Of a DNA stretch of 64,000 bases, positions 17,606 through 28,990 are shown piece after piece. Within the stretch, counting starts at the first letter, position 1. Each line of letters opens with the position of its first letter. The stretch spans positions 9,464 to 73,463 of the forward strand of contig JBKPAB010000013.1 of the NCBI GenBank assembly GCA_046726195.1, given 5' to 3'. The DNA is from Actinomycetota bacterium. GTDB taxonomy: Bacteria > Actinomycetota > Actinomycetes > Propionibacteriales > Propionibacteriaceae. The notes below the pieces were generated by a model, which saw only the letters and a list, made by a program, of their open reading frames with translations, ran no database searches and had not been told where the DNA came from. The position numbers and the translations under genes were made by a program.

Positions 17606-18034
17606 GTGTTTCTTGGGGCCCACACTCCAAAGCTCGACGACAAAGGTCGCCTGATCCTTCCGGCGAGGTTCCGCGACGAGCTTGCTGACGGCCTGGTGAT
17701 TGCGAAATTCCAGGAGCGATGCCTGGCCATCTGGCCGATCAGTTCGTTCGTCGACATGACTAAAACCGTAAGGAGCGCCTCCTCCAGTCAGCAAGGTGTT
17801 CGGGACTACCAGCGGATTCTCGGGTCTGGAGCCTCGGACGAGACCCCGGATAAGCAGGGTCGGATCACGATCCCGCCGGATCTGAGGTCGTACGCGGGCC
17901 TGGATAAGGACTGCGTCGTGGTGGGGGCGATCGATCGCGTGGAGGTCTGGAATCCAGCCGCATGGGACCAGTACTCCGCTGAGAAGGAACCGGCATTTGC
18001 CGAACTGAATCAAACCCTCTTCCCCGGAGGCTGA
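17606..18034 (+). CDS. mraZ: Transcriptional regulator MraZ
   Basis: FLGAHTPKLDDKGRL and DKQGRITIP repeats; VEVW. Confidence 0.95.
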   Translation: MFLGAHTPKLDDKGRLILPARFRDELADGLVIAKFQERCLAIWPISSFVDMTKTVRSASSSQQGVRDYQRILGSGASDETPDKQGRITIPPDLRSYAGLDKDCVVVGAIDRVEVWNPAAWDQYSAEKEPAFAELNQTLFPGG

Positions 18035-18062
18035 GGGGCACAACAGCAAGGACAAGCAAGAC

Positions 18063-18171
18063 GGCTCGTGTAGAGAGGCTTCAACCCGCAGGTTCGACTC
18101 CCTGACACAACTTCCCCGGTGCCAGGTAGGACTCCCCGCGGATCTCGGGTTGAAACCCCTCTACACGAGCC
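18063..18171 (+). ncRNA. mraW RNA motif candidate
   Basis: CCTGACAC-AACTTCCCCG-GTGCCAGG hairpin with CUUCCCC loop, enclosed by a 26-bp outer stem (18063-18088 / 18146-18171), in the mraZ-rsmH intergenic region. Confidence 0.65.
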
Positions 18172-18230
18172 AAGAGCTGCGAGCGTCCATTTTTCTTGCG
18201 CGAGCAGCTCCACTAGAAGGGTGATGTCGT

Positions 18231-19220
18231 ATGAGTGCCCAGGCCGAGCTGCACGTCCCCGTCATGCTGACGGAGGTCGTCGCGTTGCTCGCCCCCGCTC
18301 TGGACGGCTCGCTCACCGATCCGGCAACAGAAGCCGGCTGTGTCCTTGTCGACTGCACACTCGGGCTCGGCGGCCACGCTCACGCACTGCTGACTGCATG
18401 CCCGCAAGCGAGGCTGATCGGGCTCGACCGTGATCCGCAGGCGCTGGCTCACGCTCGCGAGCGGCTAGCCGAGTTCTCCGATCGGACCACCCTGCTAGAA
18501 GCGACCTTTGATGAGCTGCCGCAGGTGCTGGCCAGGCTCGGTCAACCGAAGGTTCAAGGAATTCTGCTTGACCTAGGTGTCTCCTCACTTCAGATCGACG
18601 ATCCAGAACGCGGGTTCGCGTACGCCCAGGATGCGCCGCTCGACATGCGAATGGGACGCCAGGATCTGACGGCAGCCGAGATTCTCAACACCTACTCGAA
18701 AGCCGAGTTAGCCAGGATCCTGCGCAGCTACGGCGAGGAGCGTTTTGCCGACCGAATTGCTGGGCGGATCGTCGCCGAGCGGCAGCGGGAGCCGTTCACG
18801 TCGTCAGCGCGCCTGGTCCGGCTGCTTTATGACACTGTTCCAGCAGCTTCGCGCAGATCGGGAGGCCATCCTGCGAAGCGGACGTTCCAGGCTTTGCGGA
18901 TTGAGGTGAACAGTGAGCTCAGAGCACTCGAATCGGTTTTGCCCGCTGCGATAACGGCGCTTGCGCTCCATGGCCGGATCGCCGTGCTGGCTTACCATTC
19001 GCTCGAGGACCGGCTGGTCAAGCAAGTCTTCGGCCTCGCCGCTCGAGATCGCGCGCCGCGAGACATGCCCGTTGTTCCCCCCGAGCTACAACCACAGCTG
19101 CGCTTGCTCACGCGCGGAGCGATGCGGCCCAAAGCCGCCGAGATCGCCCGCAACCCGCGCGCCGCTTCGGCGCGTCTCCGAGCGGCCGAACGTATTGCCG
19201 AGATGGCGGTAGCCGCGTGA
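18231..19220 (+). CDS. rsmH: 16S rRNA m4C1402 methyltransferase
   Basis: [44 protein letters not shown]. Confidence 0.96.
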   Translation: MSAQAELHVPVMLTEVVALLAPALDGSLTDPATEAGCVLVDCTLGLGGHAHALLTACPQARLIGLDRDPQALAHARERLAEFSDRTTLLEATFDELPQVLARLGQPKVQGILLDLGVSSLQIDDPERGFAYAQDAPLDMRMGRQDLTAAEILNTYSKAELARILRSYGEERFADRIAGRIVAERQREPFTSSARLVRLLYDTVPAASRRSGGHPAKRTFQALRIEVNSELRALESVLPAAITALALHGRIAVLAYHSLEDRLVKQVFGLAARDRAPRDMPVVPPELQPQLRLLTRGAMRPKAAEIARNPRAASARLRAAERIAEMAVAA

Positions 19221-19831
19221 GTGCACTCTGGGCGCCTATCGCGGGCAGGCAGGATGACGACGGGAGCACCGGCCGTCCCCTTCACGCTGTGGCCGAGCCT
19301 GCCGCCCGCCTGGCTCGATTCCCTTTCCTGCTGGTCTTGATCGGGATCTTCGGGGTCGGCATGGCCGGCTTGCTGATGCTCAATACCACGCTACAGAGCC
19401 AGGCGTTTGAGTCGCGCACCCTTAACCGCCAGGCCACAGAACTCGCGTACGCCCAAGCCGATCTGGAAAACCAGCTTGATGTGCTGGCCGCCCCCCAAGA
19501 GCTAGCGCGGCGGGCTTCCGCGCTAGGAATGCGGCCCAACCCATTCCCGGCGTTCTTGGAGCTGCCGAGCGGCAAGGTGGTAGGCGAACCGACTCCGGTC
19601 AGAGGCACAGAAGTTCCTGCCCTGATCGTGAAGACACCCGCCGAGCTCGCAGCCGAAGAGGCTGCCAGACGTGCTCGTGCCGAGGCGAAGGCTGCCGCCA
19701 AAGCTGCCAAGCGAGCGGCCGAGGAGGCCGAGCGGAAGGCTGCGGACCAGGCCGCGGAGAACAAGAAGAAGGCCAGCCGCGACGCGGATACGACAACAAA
19801 GAAAGGTGCGGATGGCAGGGGACAGCCTTGA
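19217..19831 (+). CDS. ftsL: Cell division protein FtsL-like
   Basis: Single TM followed by coiled coil and [10 protein letters not shown]; position between rsmH and ftsI; Ala/Lys-rich tail. Confidence 0.7.
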   Translation: MSALWAPIAGRQDDDGSTGRPLHAVAEPAARLARFPFLLVLIGIFGVGMAGLLMLNTTLQSQAFESRTLNRQATELAYAQADLENQLDVLAAPQELARRASALGMRPNPFPAFLELPSGKVVGEPTPVRGTEVPALIVKTPAELAAEEAARRARAEAKAAAKAAKRAAEEAERKAADQAAENKKKASRDADTTTKKGADGRGQP

Positions 19832-21930
19832 CCGAGAAACGTCATCCGGCCGCGAAACAACCACAGCGGCGGCTGCGATCGCAGGCTGCTCCTCCTCGGC
19901 ACCGCGCACCGGTTGCTGATCGACCGTCCACACTTCATGCGCGCCCCGAGCTGCGAGCGTCGGAAATCGCGCGCCGCCGCACGGAGGAGGAACGAGCAGA
20001 GGCGTTCTTCCCTCTGCGAGAGACGACGACGGCGGCGGATCCCAAGCGCGATGCGCGAGCAGCTCAACAAATGGGGATGCGAGCGTCGCGCTTGCCGCGA
20101 GCAGGTCAAGATCGCGGACGGATCCTCCGCAATGGCACAGTTCCGCCTCGCCCGCGGGTCCGGCAGCCGCCGCCGACCCGGCGGGTGGTCCGTCGCATGC
20201 AGCCGATGCGCTTGCCGCTTGCCTCAGCACATCGGCGGTTGCATGCGCTGCTGCTCGTCGTCTCCATGGCCCTGTCCTTGTGCGCGGGTCGGCTGCTTCA
20301 GCTTCAAGGCTTCGACTCCTCGTACTACTCAGCCGATGCCTTGACCCGGACTCTGCCGCTGCTCCCCGCGCGAGGCCAGATCACTGATCGCAACGGTCTT
20401 GTTCTGGCATCGACCCAGCCGGCGGTGGCAGTAACAGCCGATCCGACTCTGACCGCACCCCGAGCTGCCGAGATCGCTGGCGTACTCGCTGGCCACCTGG
20501 GAATGTCCGAGGCCGAGCTGATGCCCCGGTTAACCAAGAAGGGAGCGCGATTTGTCTATCTCAAGAAGAAGGTGCCCGCGCTTACCTATAGCGCCCTAGC
20601 GGCTGAGCTGTCCGACCGGCACCTGCGCGGCATTTTCCGAGAGAGCGATCCGATACGTACCTATCCCAACGGCTCAGTGGGTGCCTCGGTAGTCGGATTT
20701 GTCGGTGCTGACGGTGAAGGCCTCGCAGGGCTGGAGCGCACACTCAATGCGCAGCTGGCCGGCGTTGAAGGTAAGGAGACCTATGAGGTCGCACCGAACG
20801 GCAGCAAAATCCCGCTTGGCCGCCGTTCACTTACGCCGGCGCGGAACGGCCTTAGCTTCCAGCTCACCCTCGATTCAGAGGTGCAGTGGGTTGCCGAGCG
20901 CCGGCTGGCTGAGCAGCTTGCGAAGACCCGTGCCGATTCCGGCTTCGCCATCGTGTTGGACGTCAAAACCGCACAAGTGATAGCGCTGGCCAATGCGCCA
21001 ACCTACGACTCCTCCAGGCCGCAGGCAGCAGATCCGGAGGATCGTGGCAACCGCGCTGTCTCAGCACCGTACGAGCCCGGGAGCGTGCAAAAGATCCTCA
21101 CCTCGGCGGCATTGATCGACTCCGGGACAGCGAATCCGAACACTCGGGTCGTGATACCCAGGCGCCTCGCATCGGGCGGCCGCCATATCAGGGACGTCTT
21201 CCCTCACGGGGTAGCGCGTTACACCATGCGCGGCGTGATCGCGATCTCGTCCAACATTGGCACCGCTCTACTGACCCGACAGCTGGACAAGCAGACGCTG
21301 CACGACTACCTGGTGAGCTTTGGCCTGGGCTCCACGACCAGCCTCGAGCTTCCTGGTGAGTCAGGCGGCATCATCCCTAAGGCCGACATGTCCGATGGCC
21401 AGCGCGATCAGATCGCCTTCGGGCAGGCGATTGCGGTGACCGGGATCCAGCAGGCCGCTGCCATCGCCGGCATTGTGAACCGAGGTGTCTACAATCCACC
21501 CACTGTGATCAAGAAGGCCACCGACGGCGAGGGCCGGGAGGTAGCAATGCCGCGTCCGCCGCAGCGGCGGGTCATCTCGGAGAAGAGCTCGGCTCAGGTA
21601 CGCGACCTGATGCAGGCTGTCATCGACAGCGTGAACGGTCAGCGACATCTGAAGCTTGATCGGTACACCAGCGGCGGGAAGACCGGCACTGCACAGCGCG
21701 CCGATACGAGCTGCGTTTGCTACCGCGGCTACGTAACATCATTTGTGGGCTTTGCGCCCCTCGACGACCCGCAGATCCTGACTTACGTCGTGATCACCAA
21801 CCCGAGGGAAGGCGATACCGGAACGACTACAGCGGCGCCGGTCTACCGCGACATCATGAACTTCGCTTTGCCCCGTTACTCGATCAAACCTGATGCCAAG
21901 CCGCACAAACCGCTACCTACGCAGTGGTGA
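19828..21930 (+). CDS. ftsI: Class B penicillin-binding protein (septal transpeptidase)
   Basis: RGQITDRNG, YEPGSVQK (SxxK), SSN (SxN), KTGT; TTG overlaps ftsL stop. Confidence 0.93.
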   Translation: MTEKRHPAAKQPQRRLRSQAAPPRHRAPVADRPSTLHARPELRASEIARRRTEEERAEAFFPLRETTTAADPKRDARAAQQMGMRASRLPRAGQDRGRILRNGTVPPRPRVRQPPPTRRVVRRMQPMRLPLASAHRRLHALLLVVSMALSLCAGRLLQLQGFDSSYYSADALTRTLPLLPARGQITDRNGLVLASTQPAVAVTADPTLTAPRAAEIAGVLAGHLGMSEAELMPRLTKKGARFVYLKKKVPALTYSALAAELSDRHLRGIFRESDPIRTYPNGSVGASVVGFVGADGEGLAGLERTLNAQLAGVEGKETYEVAPNGSKIPLGRRSLTPARNGLSFQLTLDSEVQWVAERRLAEQLAKTRADSGFAIVLDVKTAQVIALANAPTYDSSRPQAADPEDRGNRAVSAPYEPGSVQKILTSAALIDSGTANPNTRVVIPRRLASGGRHIRDVFPHGVARYTMRGVIAISSNIGTALLTRQLDKQTLHDYLVSFGLGSTTSLELPGESGGIIPKADMSDGQRDQIAFGQAIAVTGIQQAAAIAGIVNRGVYNPPTVIKKATDGEGREVAMPRPPQRRVISEKSSAQVRDLMQAVIDSVNGQRHLKLDRYTSGGKTGTAQRADTSCVCYRGYVTSFVGFAPLDDPQILTYVVITNPREGDTGTTTAAPVYRDIMNFALPRYSIKPDAKPHKPLPTQW
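19950..20066. repeat. Family B2 element inside the ftsI 5' coding region
   Basis: Aligns by eye along about 120 bp with the reverse complement of intergenic 52078-52196. Confidence 0.8.
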
Positions 21931-21950
21931 GCCGAGCAGAGCATCAAACC

Positions 21951-22102
21951 GGATCGCGCGCGCCGCTGTCTGGACGAACGAGCGAGCCGCCAGTCTCGCT
22001 TTTGCCGACACCTCGTTGTACCGGCTGGCTGCGAGCGAGTGAGGAAGACAGCGGCTTACAAAGCGCGATCCGCGCGGAGCGAACGTAGTGAGCGGAGCAA
22101 TC
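21951..22102. repeat. Long imperfect palindrome plus family C tail between ftsI and murE
   Basis: GGATCGCGC/GCGCGATCC (21951/22063) and GCCGCTGTCT/AGACAGCGGC (21962/22046) arms; tail GCGGAGCGAACGTAGTGAGCGGAGCAATC. Confidence 0.75.
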
Positions 22103-22147
22103 AAACACGATAACGTCATTAACGTGTCTATTGCTGTTCGGGGGGGC

Positions 22148-23695
22148 ATGATCAGGCCGCGCACGAGGCACCAGATCGGTTTGGCCGAGCTGTTCGGGAA
22201 CCGCACCGCGGTAAGCGACGCCGTTGTCAGTGGCATATCCATCGACTCCCGGCAGATCCGTCCCGGCGACCTCTACGTTGCACTGCCCGGTGCGCGTCAT
22301 CACGGCGCGGAGTTTGCCCGGCAGGCCGCCGCTGCGGGAGCCGTTGCCATTCTTACCGATACCGCCGGGAGCAGGATGACCCAAGGGCTGGCGCTTCCTG
22401 TGATCGTGGTTGACCGTCCCCGGCAGGCGATGGCAGGGGTCGCCGCAACTATCTACGGCCAGCCCGCTACGGCGCTCACGATGTGTGCCGTCACTGGGAC
22501 TAACGGCAAGACCACAACGACATTCCTGCTGGAGGCCGCGCTGCGCGCCGGGGGAGTGAGCACCGGGCTGGTCGGCACGGTCGGTTTCCGGCTGAACGGC
22601 GTGCCATTGGACTGCGTTCCTACCACCGTGACGACGCCGGAGTCGACCGACCTCCAGGGTCTGCTGGCTTTTCTGCTTGAAGAGGGAGCAGAGACAGTTG
22701 TCATGGAGGTCTCCTCCCATGCGCTGGTGTTGGGTCGTACGGAGGCGATCACCTTCGACGTCGCGGCCTTCACCAATCTCGGCAGAGATCATCTGGATTT
22801 CCACGGTGACCTCGAGTCCTATTTCGAGGCCAAGGCTTCACTGTTCACTCCGGAGCGGACCAAACATGCGGTAATCAACGTCGATGATTCCCGGGGTCGT
22901 GAGCTGGTGCAGCGCATCGGGCGCAAGTCCGGCATTCGACTCACGACCGTTAGCCTCGAGGGCGACGCGGCTTGTCGCGCACTCGCGTACCAGGTCCAAG
23001 CCGACGGGCGCACTGCGGTCAGAGCCGACCTACGAGGTCGTACCTTCGACTTCAGCCTCAACCTGCCCGGCGCCTTCAACATCCGCAACGCATTAACGGC
23101 GTTGGCGATGGTCGAGGCGATCGGTGGCGACCTGGAACAAGCTGCGATCGGGTTGGGACAGGCCGAGGTCGCGGGCCGGATGCAGCGCGTCGAGTTGGGC
23201 CGAGGCGCACCCCTGGTTTATGTGGATTTCGCGCATACGCCGCAGGCGATCGCCGCAGCGCTGGAGGCGGTCGGAACTCGTCGCCGCATCGTGGTTCTTG
23301 GTTGCGGCGGAGACCGCGATCCGCTGAAGCGCGAGCCAATGGGAGAGTCGGCTGCCCGGCATGCGGACGTGGTGATTGCTACCGACGACAACCCGCGATC
23401 CGAAGACCCAGGCGCCATCCGTGAACGGCTCATCAGCGGCGCACGTGCTGCCGTACGCCGAGACGGACTCGCCACCGAGGTGATCGACGGCGGCGACCGG
23501 CGCTCCGCAATCCGGCTGGCGCTAAAGCTGGCTGCGCCGGATGATGTGATCGCAATTCTCGGCAAAGGCCACGAGCTCGGTCAGGAGATAGCTGGAACGG
23601 TCGTGCCTTTCAGCGATCCGATCGTGGCGGCCGAGGAGTGGGCAGTGCTGAACCCGGACCCGGCTCGGCAGGCGGGCCAGGGCACAGCCCCGTGA
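22148..23695 (+). CDS. murE: UDP-MurNAc-tripeptide synthetase
   Basis: [57 protein letters not shown]; the track start at 22088 lies inside the repeat. Confidence 0.95.
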   Translation: MIRPRTRHQIGLAELFGNRTAVSDAVVSGISIDSRQIRPGDLYVALPGARHHGAEFARQAAAAGAVAILTDTAGSRMTQGLALPVIVVDRPRQAMAGVAATIYGQPATALTMCAVTGTNGKTTTTFLLEAALRAGGVSTGLVGTVGFRLNGVPLDCVPTTVTTPESTDLQGLLAFLLEEGAETVVMEVSSHALVLGRTEAITFDVAAFTNLGRDHLDFHGDLESYFEAKASLFTPERTKHAVINVDDSRGRELVQRIGRKSGIRLTTVSLEGDAACRALAYQVQADGRTAVRADLRGRTFDFSLNLPGAFNIRNALTALAMVEAIGGDLEQAAIGLGQAEVAGRMQRVELGRGAPLVYVDFAHTPQAIAAALEAVGTRRRIVVLGCGGDRDPLKREPMGESAARHADVVIATDDNPRSEDPGAIRERLISGARAAVRRDGLATEVIDGGDRRSAIRLALKLAAPDDVIAILGKGHELGQEIAGTVVPFSDPIVAAEEWAVLNPDPARQAGQGTAP

Positions 23696-25131
23696 TCTCA
23701 GTGACGGTCGAAGAGATCGCCGGGGTGCTGGGTGCGCAGCTGTGTGGTCCAGGCGACAAGGCCCGGGTGGTCACCGGCCTTACAGCCGACTCCAGGACCC
23801 TTGCTCCCGGCGCCCTCTTCGTGGCGCTGCCCGGCGAGCATGCCGACGGTCATGACTACGTTGTCGCGGCCACAACCGCGGGGGCGGCAGCTTCCCTGAC
23901 CAGGCACCCCATCGCGGGTGCCTTGTGTCTTGTTGTAGTCGATCCGCTGGTGGCGCTGGGTCGGTTGTCCCGGTACCTGGTGGATCGGTCAAGCGCCGCC
24001 GGTTTGCAGGTCGTCGGCATCACGGGCTCGGTCGGCAAGACCTCAACCAAGGACCTACTCGCGCAGGTGCTCGAGCGCGCCGGTCCGACCGTGGCAGCGG
24101 CCGGAAATCTCAACAACGAGCTCGGCGTGCCTCTGACCGTTGGCAGTGTCGACACGCAGACGCGGTTTCTGGTTGCGGAGATGGGAGCGCGCGGCATTGG
24201 CCACATCGCCTACCTCTGTGACATCGCACCACCGCGTGTCGGAGTCGTGCTGAACGTGGGCCAGGCCCATGTCGGGGAATTTGGCGGGCAGGCCGCGATC
24301 GCCCAGGCCAAAGGTGAGCTGGTGGAGTCGCTCCCGATCGACGGCTGGGCAGTGTTGAACATTGACGATCCGCTGGTCTGGGCGATGCGACGGCGTACCA
24401 ATGCACAGGTGTTGCCCTGGTCGACCATCCAGCGGCTTGATCAGGGTGTGTGGGCCTCAGGATTAATTGGTGATGCGTACGGTCGATGCTCCTTTACGCT
24501 TCATGAACGTCGTGGTGGCGATCCCGAGCAACAGGCGCACGTCCAGCTACAGCTCACCGGGCGGCACCAGGTCGCGAACGCGGTAGCCGCTGCTGCCGCG
24601 GCATCGGTCCTCGGCCTCGACATCGACCAGGTCGCGGCTGGGCTGAGCGCGGCCGCACCGCGATCACGCTGGCGGATGGAGCTCAATGACCGTTCCGATG
24701 GCGTCACCGTGATCAATGACTCCTACAACGCCAACCCTGCCTCGATGCGTGCCGCACTTATCACCCTGGCCGAGCTGGGCCGCACTGGCCGGCGCACCTG
24801 GGCCGTGCTCGGGGACATGCTTGAGCTTGGCGATACCGCAGCTCAGGAGCATGCCGCGATTGGCCAGTTCGCGGCACAGCTGGGAGTCGGCCGCTTGATC
24901 GCGGTTGGTGAGTTGGCCTCGCGTGTCACTGACGCCGCCTTAGCCGGTGGTATGAGCACAGCTCGAGCGGTTGCGGTACCCGACAAGGCGGCGGCGGTTG
25001 AGGTGGTGACGGCCGGTCTTGCACCTGGCGACGTCGTCTTGGTCAAGGCATCTCGTGGCCTAGCCTTGGAGACCGTGGCCGACGACATCCTTAATGCCGT
25101 CGCACCACCACCCCGCGAGGTGCCCAGGTGA
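23692..25131 (+). CDS. murF: UDP-MurNAc-pentapeptide synthetase
   Basis: [44 protein letters not shown]. Confidence 0.95.
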   Translation: MISVTVEEIAGVLGAQLCGPGDKARVVTGLTADSRTLAPGALFVALPGEHADGHDYVVAATTAGAAASLTRHPIAGALCLVVVDPLVALGRLSRYLVDRSSAAGLQVVGITGSVGKTSTKDLLAQVLERAGPTVAAAGNLNNELGVPLTVGSVDTQTRFLVAEMGARGIGHIAYLCDIAPPRVGVVLNVGQAHVGEFGGQAAIAQAKGELVESLPIDGWAVLNIDDPLVWAMRRRTNAQVLPWSTIQRLDQGVWASGLIGDAYGRCSFTLHERRGGDPEQQAHVQLQLTGRHQVANAVAAAAAASVLGLDIDQVAAGLSAAAPRSRWRMELNDRSDGVTVINDSYNANPASMRAALITLAELGRTGRRTWAVLGDMLELGDTAAQEHAAIGQFAAQLGVGRLIAVGELASRVTDAALAGGMSTARAVAVPDKAAAVEVVTAGLAPGDVVLVKASRGLALETVADDILNAVAPPPREVPR

Positions 25132-26198
25132 AGACCATTGTCTTCGCCGGCGGCCTCGCCCTGCTTGGGACTCTGCTCGGTACCCGGTTGGCCATCCACG
25201 TGCTGGTCAAGAAGGGCTACGGCCAGCTGATCCGAGACGACGGCCCAACCTCCCACCATGTAAAGCGGGGGACGCCCACCATGGGCGGCCTGGTCACCAT
25301 CGCCGCCGTCGTGCTCGCCTACTTCGGCAGCCATTTGATCACCTTTTCACCTCCTTCCGCGTCCGCATTGCTTGTGTTGTTCCTGTTCGCCGGCCTCGGC
25401 GTCGTCGGATTTCTGGACGACTACATCAAGATCAAGAATCAACGCTCGCTGGGCCTGCGGAGCAAGGCGAAATTCGCCGGCCAGTCGATCGTGGCCATCT
25501 TGTTCGCAGTTGCATCACTGAATCTCCCCGACGAGCGGGGGATTACCCCGGCGTCTCCGGCGATCTCGTTCCTGCGGGATATCGAGTGGCTCCGATTGCC
25601 GCTCATCCTTGTGATCATCTGGGTGATGCTGCTGATCGCAGCCGCCAGCAATGGCGTGAACCTCACCGACGGCCTCGACGGCCTCGCATCTGGCGCCTGC
25701 GTTATGATCTTCGGTGCCTATACCCTGGTCAACATCTGGCAGTACAACCAGTCCTGTGCCTACACCGCCTCCGCGGGGCCGAAATGTTATGAGGTGCGGG
25801 ACCCCTACGACCTTGCGGTGGTTGCGGTCGCGCTTGCTGGCGCCTGCTTCGGTTTCCTGTGGTGGAACGCCGAACCCGCGAAAATCTTCATGGGCGATAC
25901 AGGCTCGCTGTCTTTGGGCGGCGCACTCGCAGCGATGGCGATCTTCACCCGAACCGAGTTGCTCCTGGTGATCTTGGGTGGGCTCTTGGTCATCGAGGTA
26001 ATGTCGGTGATCTTGCAGGTCGGCTTCTTCAAGATGACGGGGGGCAGGCGACTATTCAAGATGTCGCCGATTCACCACCACTTCGAACTGTTGAACTGGG
26101 CCCAGGTGACTATAGTCATGCGCTTCTGGATCATTGCCGGGCTGTGCGTGGCGGCTGGGCTTGGCATTTTCTACGCGGAATGGGTGGCAGGTACGTGA
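25128..26198 (+). CDS. mraY: Phospho-N-acetylmuramoyl-pentapeptide transferase
   Basis: [42 protein letters not shown]. Confidence 0.96.
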   Translation: MKTIVFAGGLALLGTLLGTRLAIHVLVKKGYGQLIRDDGPTSHHVKRGTPTMGGLVTIAAVVLAYFGSHLITFSPPSASALLVLFLFAGLGVVGFLDDYIKIKNQRSLGLRSKAKFAGQSIVAILFAVASLNLPDERGITPASPAISFLRDIEWLRLPLILVIIWVMLLIAAASNGVNLTDGLDGLASGACVMIFGAYTLVNIWQYNQSCAYTASAGPKCYEVRDPYDLAVVAVALAGACFGFLWWNAEPAKIFMGDTGSLSLGGALAAMAIFTRTELLLVILGGLLVIEVMSVILQVGFFKMTGGRRLFKMSPIHHHFELLNWAQVTIVMRFWIIAGLCVAAGLGIFYAEWVAGT

Positions 26199-27667
26199 AC
26201 GAAGGAACTGCTGGTGGCCCGGTGAGCCAGCAGTGGTTGGCGCACGCCGACCGCCGGTCACCATGGCCGCAAGCACATGTGGTTATAGCCGGCGTCGGGG
26301 TGTCTGGTTTCGCGGCTGCTGATGGGTTGCTGCAGTTTGGAGCCCGCGTCACTGTTCTGGACGACCTACTGGATGATCTCACTTCCGATAGGGGCAAGTT
26401 GCTGGAAGTGATCGGTGGATCGGTACGCCTCGGGCCCGGTGCTACTGCGATCCTGCCCGAGGATGCCGACCTCGTGATCACCACCGGCTGGCCGGCCAGG
26501 ACGCCGCTGCTACGTCAGGCCGCCGAGCGCGGCGTCCCGATCTGGAGTGAAGTCGAGCTGGCCTGGCGCCTCAGCCGGCCCGACAAGATCGTGCCGTGGC
26601 TTGGGATCACCGGCACCAACGGCAAGACCACGACCACCCAGATGCTTGAGTCGATCCTGGCGGCTGCCGGGTTGCGGACGGCCGCTGTCGGCAACATTGG
26701 CCGCCCGATCATGGAAATAGTCCTGGATCCGCAACCTTACGACGTACTCGCCGTCGAGCTCTCCAGCCATCAGTTGCACTGGTCCCGGTCGCTGGCGATG
26801 CACTCGGCCGCAGTTCTCAACGTGCAGCACGATCATCTGGAGTGGCATGGCTCGTACGCGGCCTACCGCGACGCCAAGGCCACGATCTACTCCGGCGTCC
26901 AGGCCAGCTGCGTCTACAACGTCGCCGACCCCGTTACTGAGCAGATGGTTGAGCAGGCTGAGGTGGTCGAGGGGGCCAGGGCTATTGGCTTCACCTTGGG
27001 GATACCTGGACCGTCAATGCTCGGCGTAGTTGACGACCTGCTGGTCGATCGGGCATTCATCGAGCAGCGTCGGGACTCGGCGTTGGAGCTCGCGAAGGTA
27101 AGCGACGTCAGTCCTGCCGCGCCGCACAATGTCGCGAATGCGCTGGCGGCTGCCGCGTTGGCGCGTTCGTACGGAGTGCCTGCTGCGGCAGTTAGGGAAG
27201 GGTTGCGATCGGTCAGGGTCGGTCCTCACAAGATCCAGACTGTGCTGGAACGCGGCGGCGTGTCCTGGGTGGACGACTCAAAGGCAACCAACCCGCACGC
27301 TGCCGATGCCTCGTTGCGCGCCTTCGACTCAGTGGTGTGGATCGCCGGTGGTCAGGCCAAGGGCACCACGTTCGATGAGCTGATTACCTCCCACCGGGAC
27401 AGGCTGCGCGGCGTCGTACTGCTCGGGATCGACCGCGACATCATTGCCCAAGCTCTCGCTCGACACGCGCCCGAAGTCCCCACGCAAGTCATTGAGGCGG
27501 CCGACACTAGAGCGATGGCACAAGCCGTTGCGGCGGCTGCTTCCCTGGCCAGACCCGGTGATGCAGTTCTGCTCGCGCCGGGGTGCGCCAGCCAGGACAT
27601 GTTCACCGATTACGCCGCACGTGGAGATGCCTTCGCCGCGGCGGCGCGCGCGCTCGCAAAGGAGTAG
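26195..27667 (+). CDS. murD: UDP-MurNAc-L-Ala:D-Glu ligase
   Basis: [46 protein letters not shown]. Confidence 0.95.
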   Translation: MNEGTAGGPVSQQWLAHADRRSPWPQAHVVIAGVGVSGFAAADGLLQFGARVTVLDDLLDDLTSDRGKLLEVIGGSVRLGPGATAILPEDADLVITTGWPARTPLLRQAAERGVPIWSEVELAWRLSRPDKIVPWLGITGTNGKTTTTQMLESILAAAGLRTAAVGNIGRPIMEIVLDPQPYDVLAVELSSHQLHWSRSLAMHSAAVLNVQHDHLEWHGSYAAYRDAKATIYSGVQASCVYNVADPVTEQMVEQAEVVEGARAIGFTLGIPGPSMLGVVDDLLVDRAFIEQRRDSALELAKVSDVSPAAPHNVANALAAAALARSYGVPAAAVREGLRSVRVGPHKIQTVLERGGVSWVDDSKATNPHAADASLRAFDSVVWIAGGQAKGTTFDELITSHRDRLRGVVLLGIDRDIIAQALARHAPEVPTQVIEAADTRAMAQAVAAAASLARPGDAVLLAPGCASQDMFTDYAARGDAFAAAARALAKE

Positions 27668-27673
27668 ACCTCA

Positions 27674-28984
27674 GTGGCGACCCTGACCCCGCAGGGCCGG
27701 GCCGCGGCCGGCCACCGAGCTACCCAGCCTCGCCCCCGGATCGGGCAGGCGCCGCAGCGGACGTCCGCCCGCGAAGTGCTCCGCTGGCTCCGCTCGATGT
27801 TGGACCGGCCACTGACCAACTACCACCTAGTACTCGGCTCGGTGGCGCTGCTGCTCATCGTCGGGCTCATGATGGTGCTTTCAGCGTCGAGCGTGAGTGC
27901 CTACCTCACCTACCGTGACTCCTACTTTTACGTGAAACGGCAGGTGATCTTCCTTGCCGTCGGCGTGCTCGGGGCATTTACGATCATGAAGTTGCCGCCG
28001 TCGACACTGCGACTGTTGAGCTGGTTTGGCCTTGCGCTCGCCACGATTTCGTTGATCTTGACCTATACGCCGCTTGGCATCTCGGTGAATGGCAACCGCA
28101 GTTGGCTCTACCTGGGCTCATCGCTTTTCTCGGTGCAGCCGGCCGAGTTCGCGAAACTAGCCATGATCGTTTGGGGAGCAGACCTGCTGGCCCGCAAGCA
28201 TCGACTGCTCGATCAGCCGAAGCACCTGCTGGTGCCGTTCCTGCCGGTGAGCTGCATTCTGGTCTTGTTGGTGCTCTTCCAGGGCGACGCTGGCACCGCA
28301 GTGGTGATGGCGGTTATTGCCGCAGGCTTGCTGTGGATCGTCGGTGCGCCGCTCCGGGTCCTCGTAGTCTTAGCGTCGGCCGGCGTCGCTGGCGTGGTCG
28401 CGATCTTCGTCACCTCTTCGGTCCGGATGCGTCGCCTTGCCGCTTTTCTGGACCCCGCTTTTGATGCCAGCGGCGCCAATCACCAAGCCAACGCAGGCAT
28501 GTTCGCGATCGCCTCCGGTGGCTGGTGGGGAGTCGGTCTGGGCGCCAGCCGGCAGAAGTGGGGCAGCCTCCCGGAGGCGCACACCGACTTCATCTTTGCT
28601 GTGCTCGGCGAGGAATTCGGTCTGTTTGGCAGCCTCGTGGTGCTCGCCATGATCGGCATCTTGGGTTATGCCGGGATCCGGATCGCCATGCGCGCCGACG
28701 ATCCCTTCGCACGGTATGCCGCCGGTGGTATCACCATCTGGTTCATGGTTCAGGCGGTCATCAACCTGGCTGTGGTACTCCGAATGCTTCCAATCGCTGG
28801 CGTTCCCCTGCCGCTGCTTTCCTACGGAGGCTCCGCATTGGTGGCCAACTTGCTCGCGGTCGGCGTGCTGCTGGCATGCGCACGCAGGGAGCCCGAGGCT
28901 CGCAGGCTGCTGGCCAGGAAGGCGATGCGGCCCCATCGCCGCATGACCGCCGTGGTCGGCTCGAGAAGCGGCCCGAGGACGTAG
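27674..28984 (+). CDS. ftsW: SEDS peptidoglycan polymerase FtsW
   Basis: QPAEFAK, QK...LPEAHTDFIFAVLGEEFG, GVPLPLLSYGGS. Confidence 0.95.
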   Translation: MATLTPQGRAAAGHRATQPRPRIGQAPQRTSAREVLRWLRSMLDRPLTNYHLVLGSVALLLIVGLMMVLSASSVSAYLTYRDSYFYVKRQVIFLAVGVLGAFTIMKLPPSTLRLLSWFGLALATISLILTYTPLGISVNGNRSWLYLGSSLFSVQPAEFAKLAMIVWGADLLARKHRLLDQPKHLLVPFLPVSCILVLLVLFQGDAGTAVVMAVIAAGLLWIVGAPLRVLVVLASAGVAGVVAIFVTSSVRMRRLAAFLDPAFDASGANHQANAGMFAIASGGWWGVGLGASRQKWGSLPEAHTDFIFAVLGEEFGLFGSLVVLAMIGILGYAGIRIAMRADDPFARYAAGGITIWFMVQAVINLAVVLRMLPIAGVPLPLLSYGGSALVANLLAVGVLLACARREPEARRLLARKAMRPHRRMTAVVGSRSGPRT

Positions 28985-28990
28985 CCGCTG

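Noticed and set aside
25859-26194. Long N-terminal extensions in the ORF track (murD; likewise the SDR to 8412, transglutaminase to 15373, GDE to 10172)
   Set aside because: They overlap well-supported neighbouring genes or repeats; later starts coupled to the upstream stop or at the start of homology fit better.
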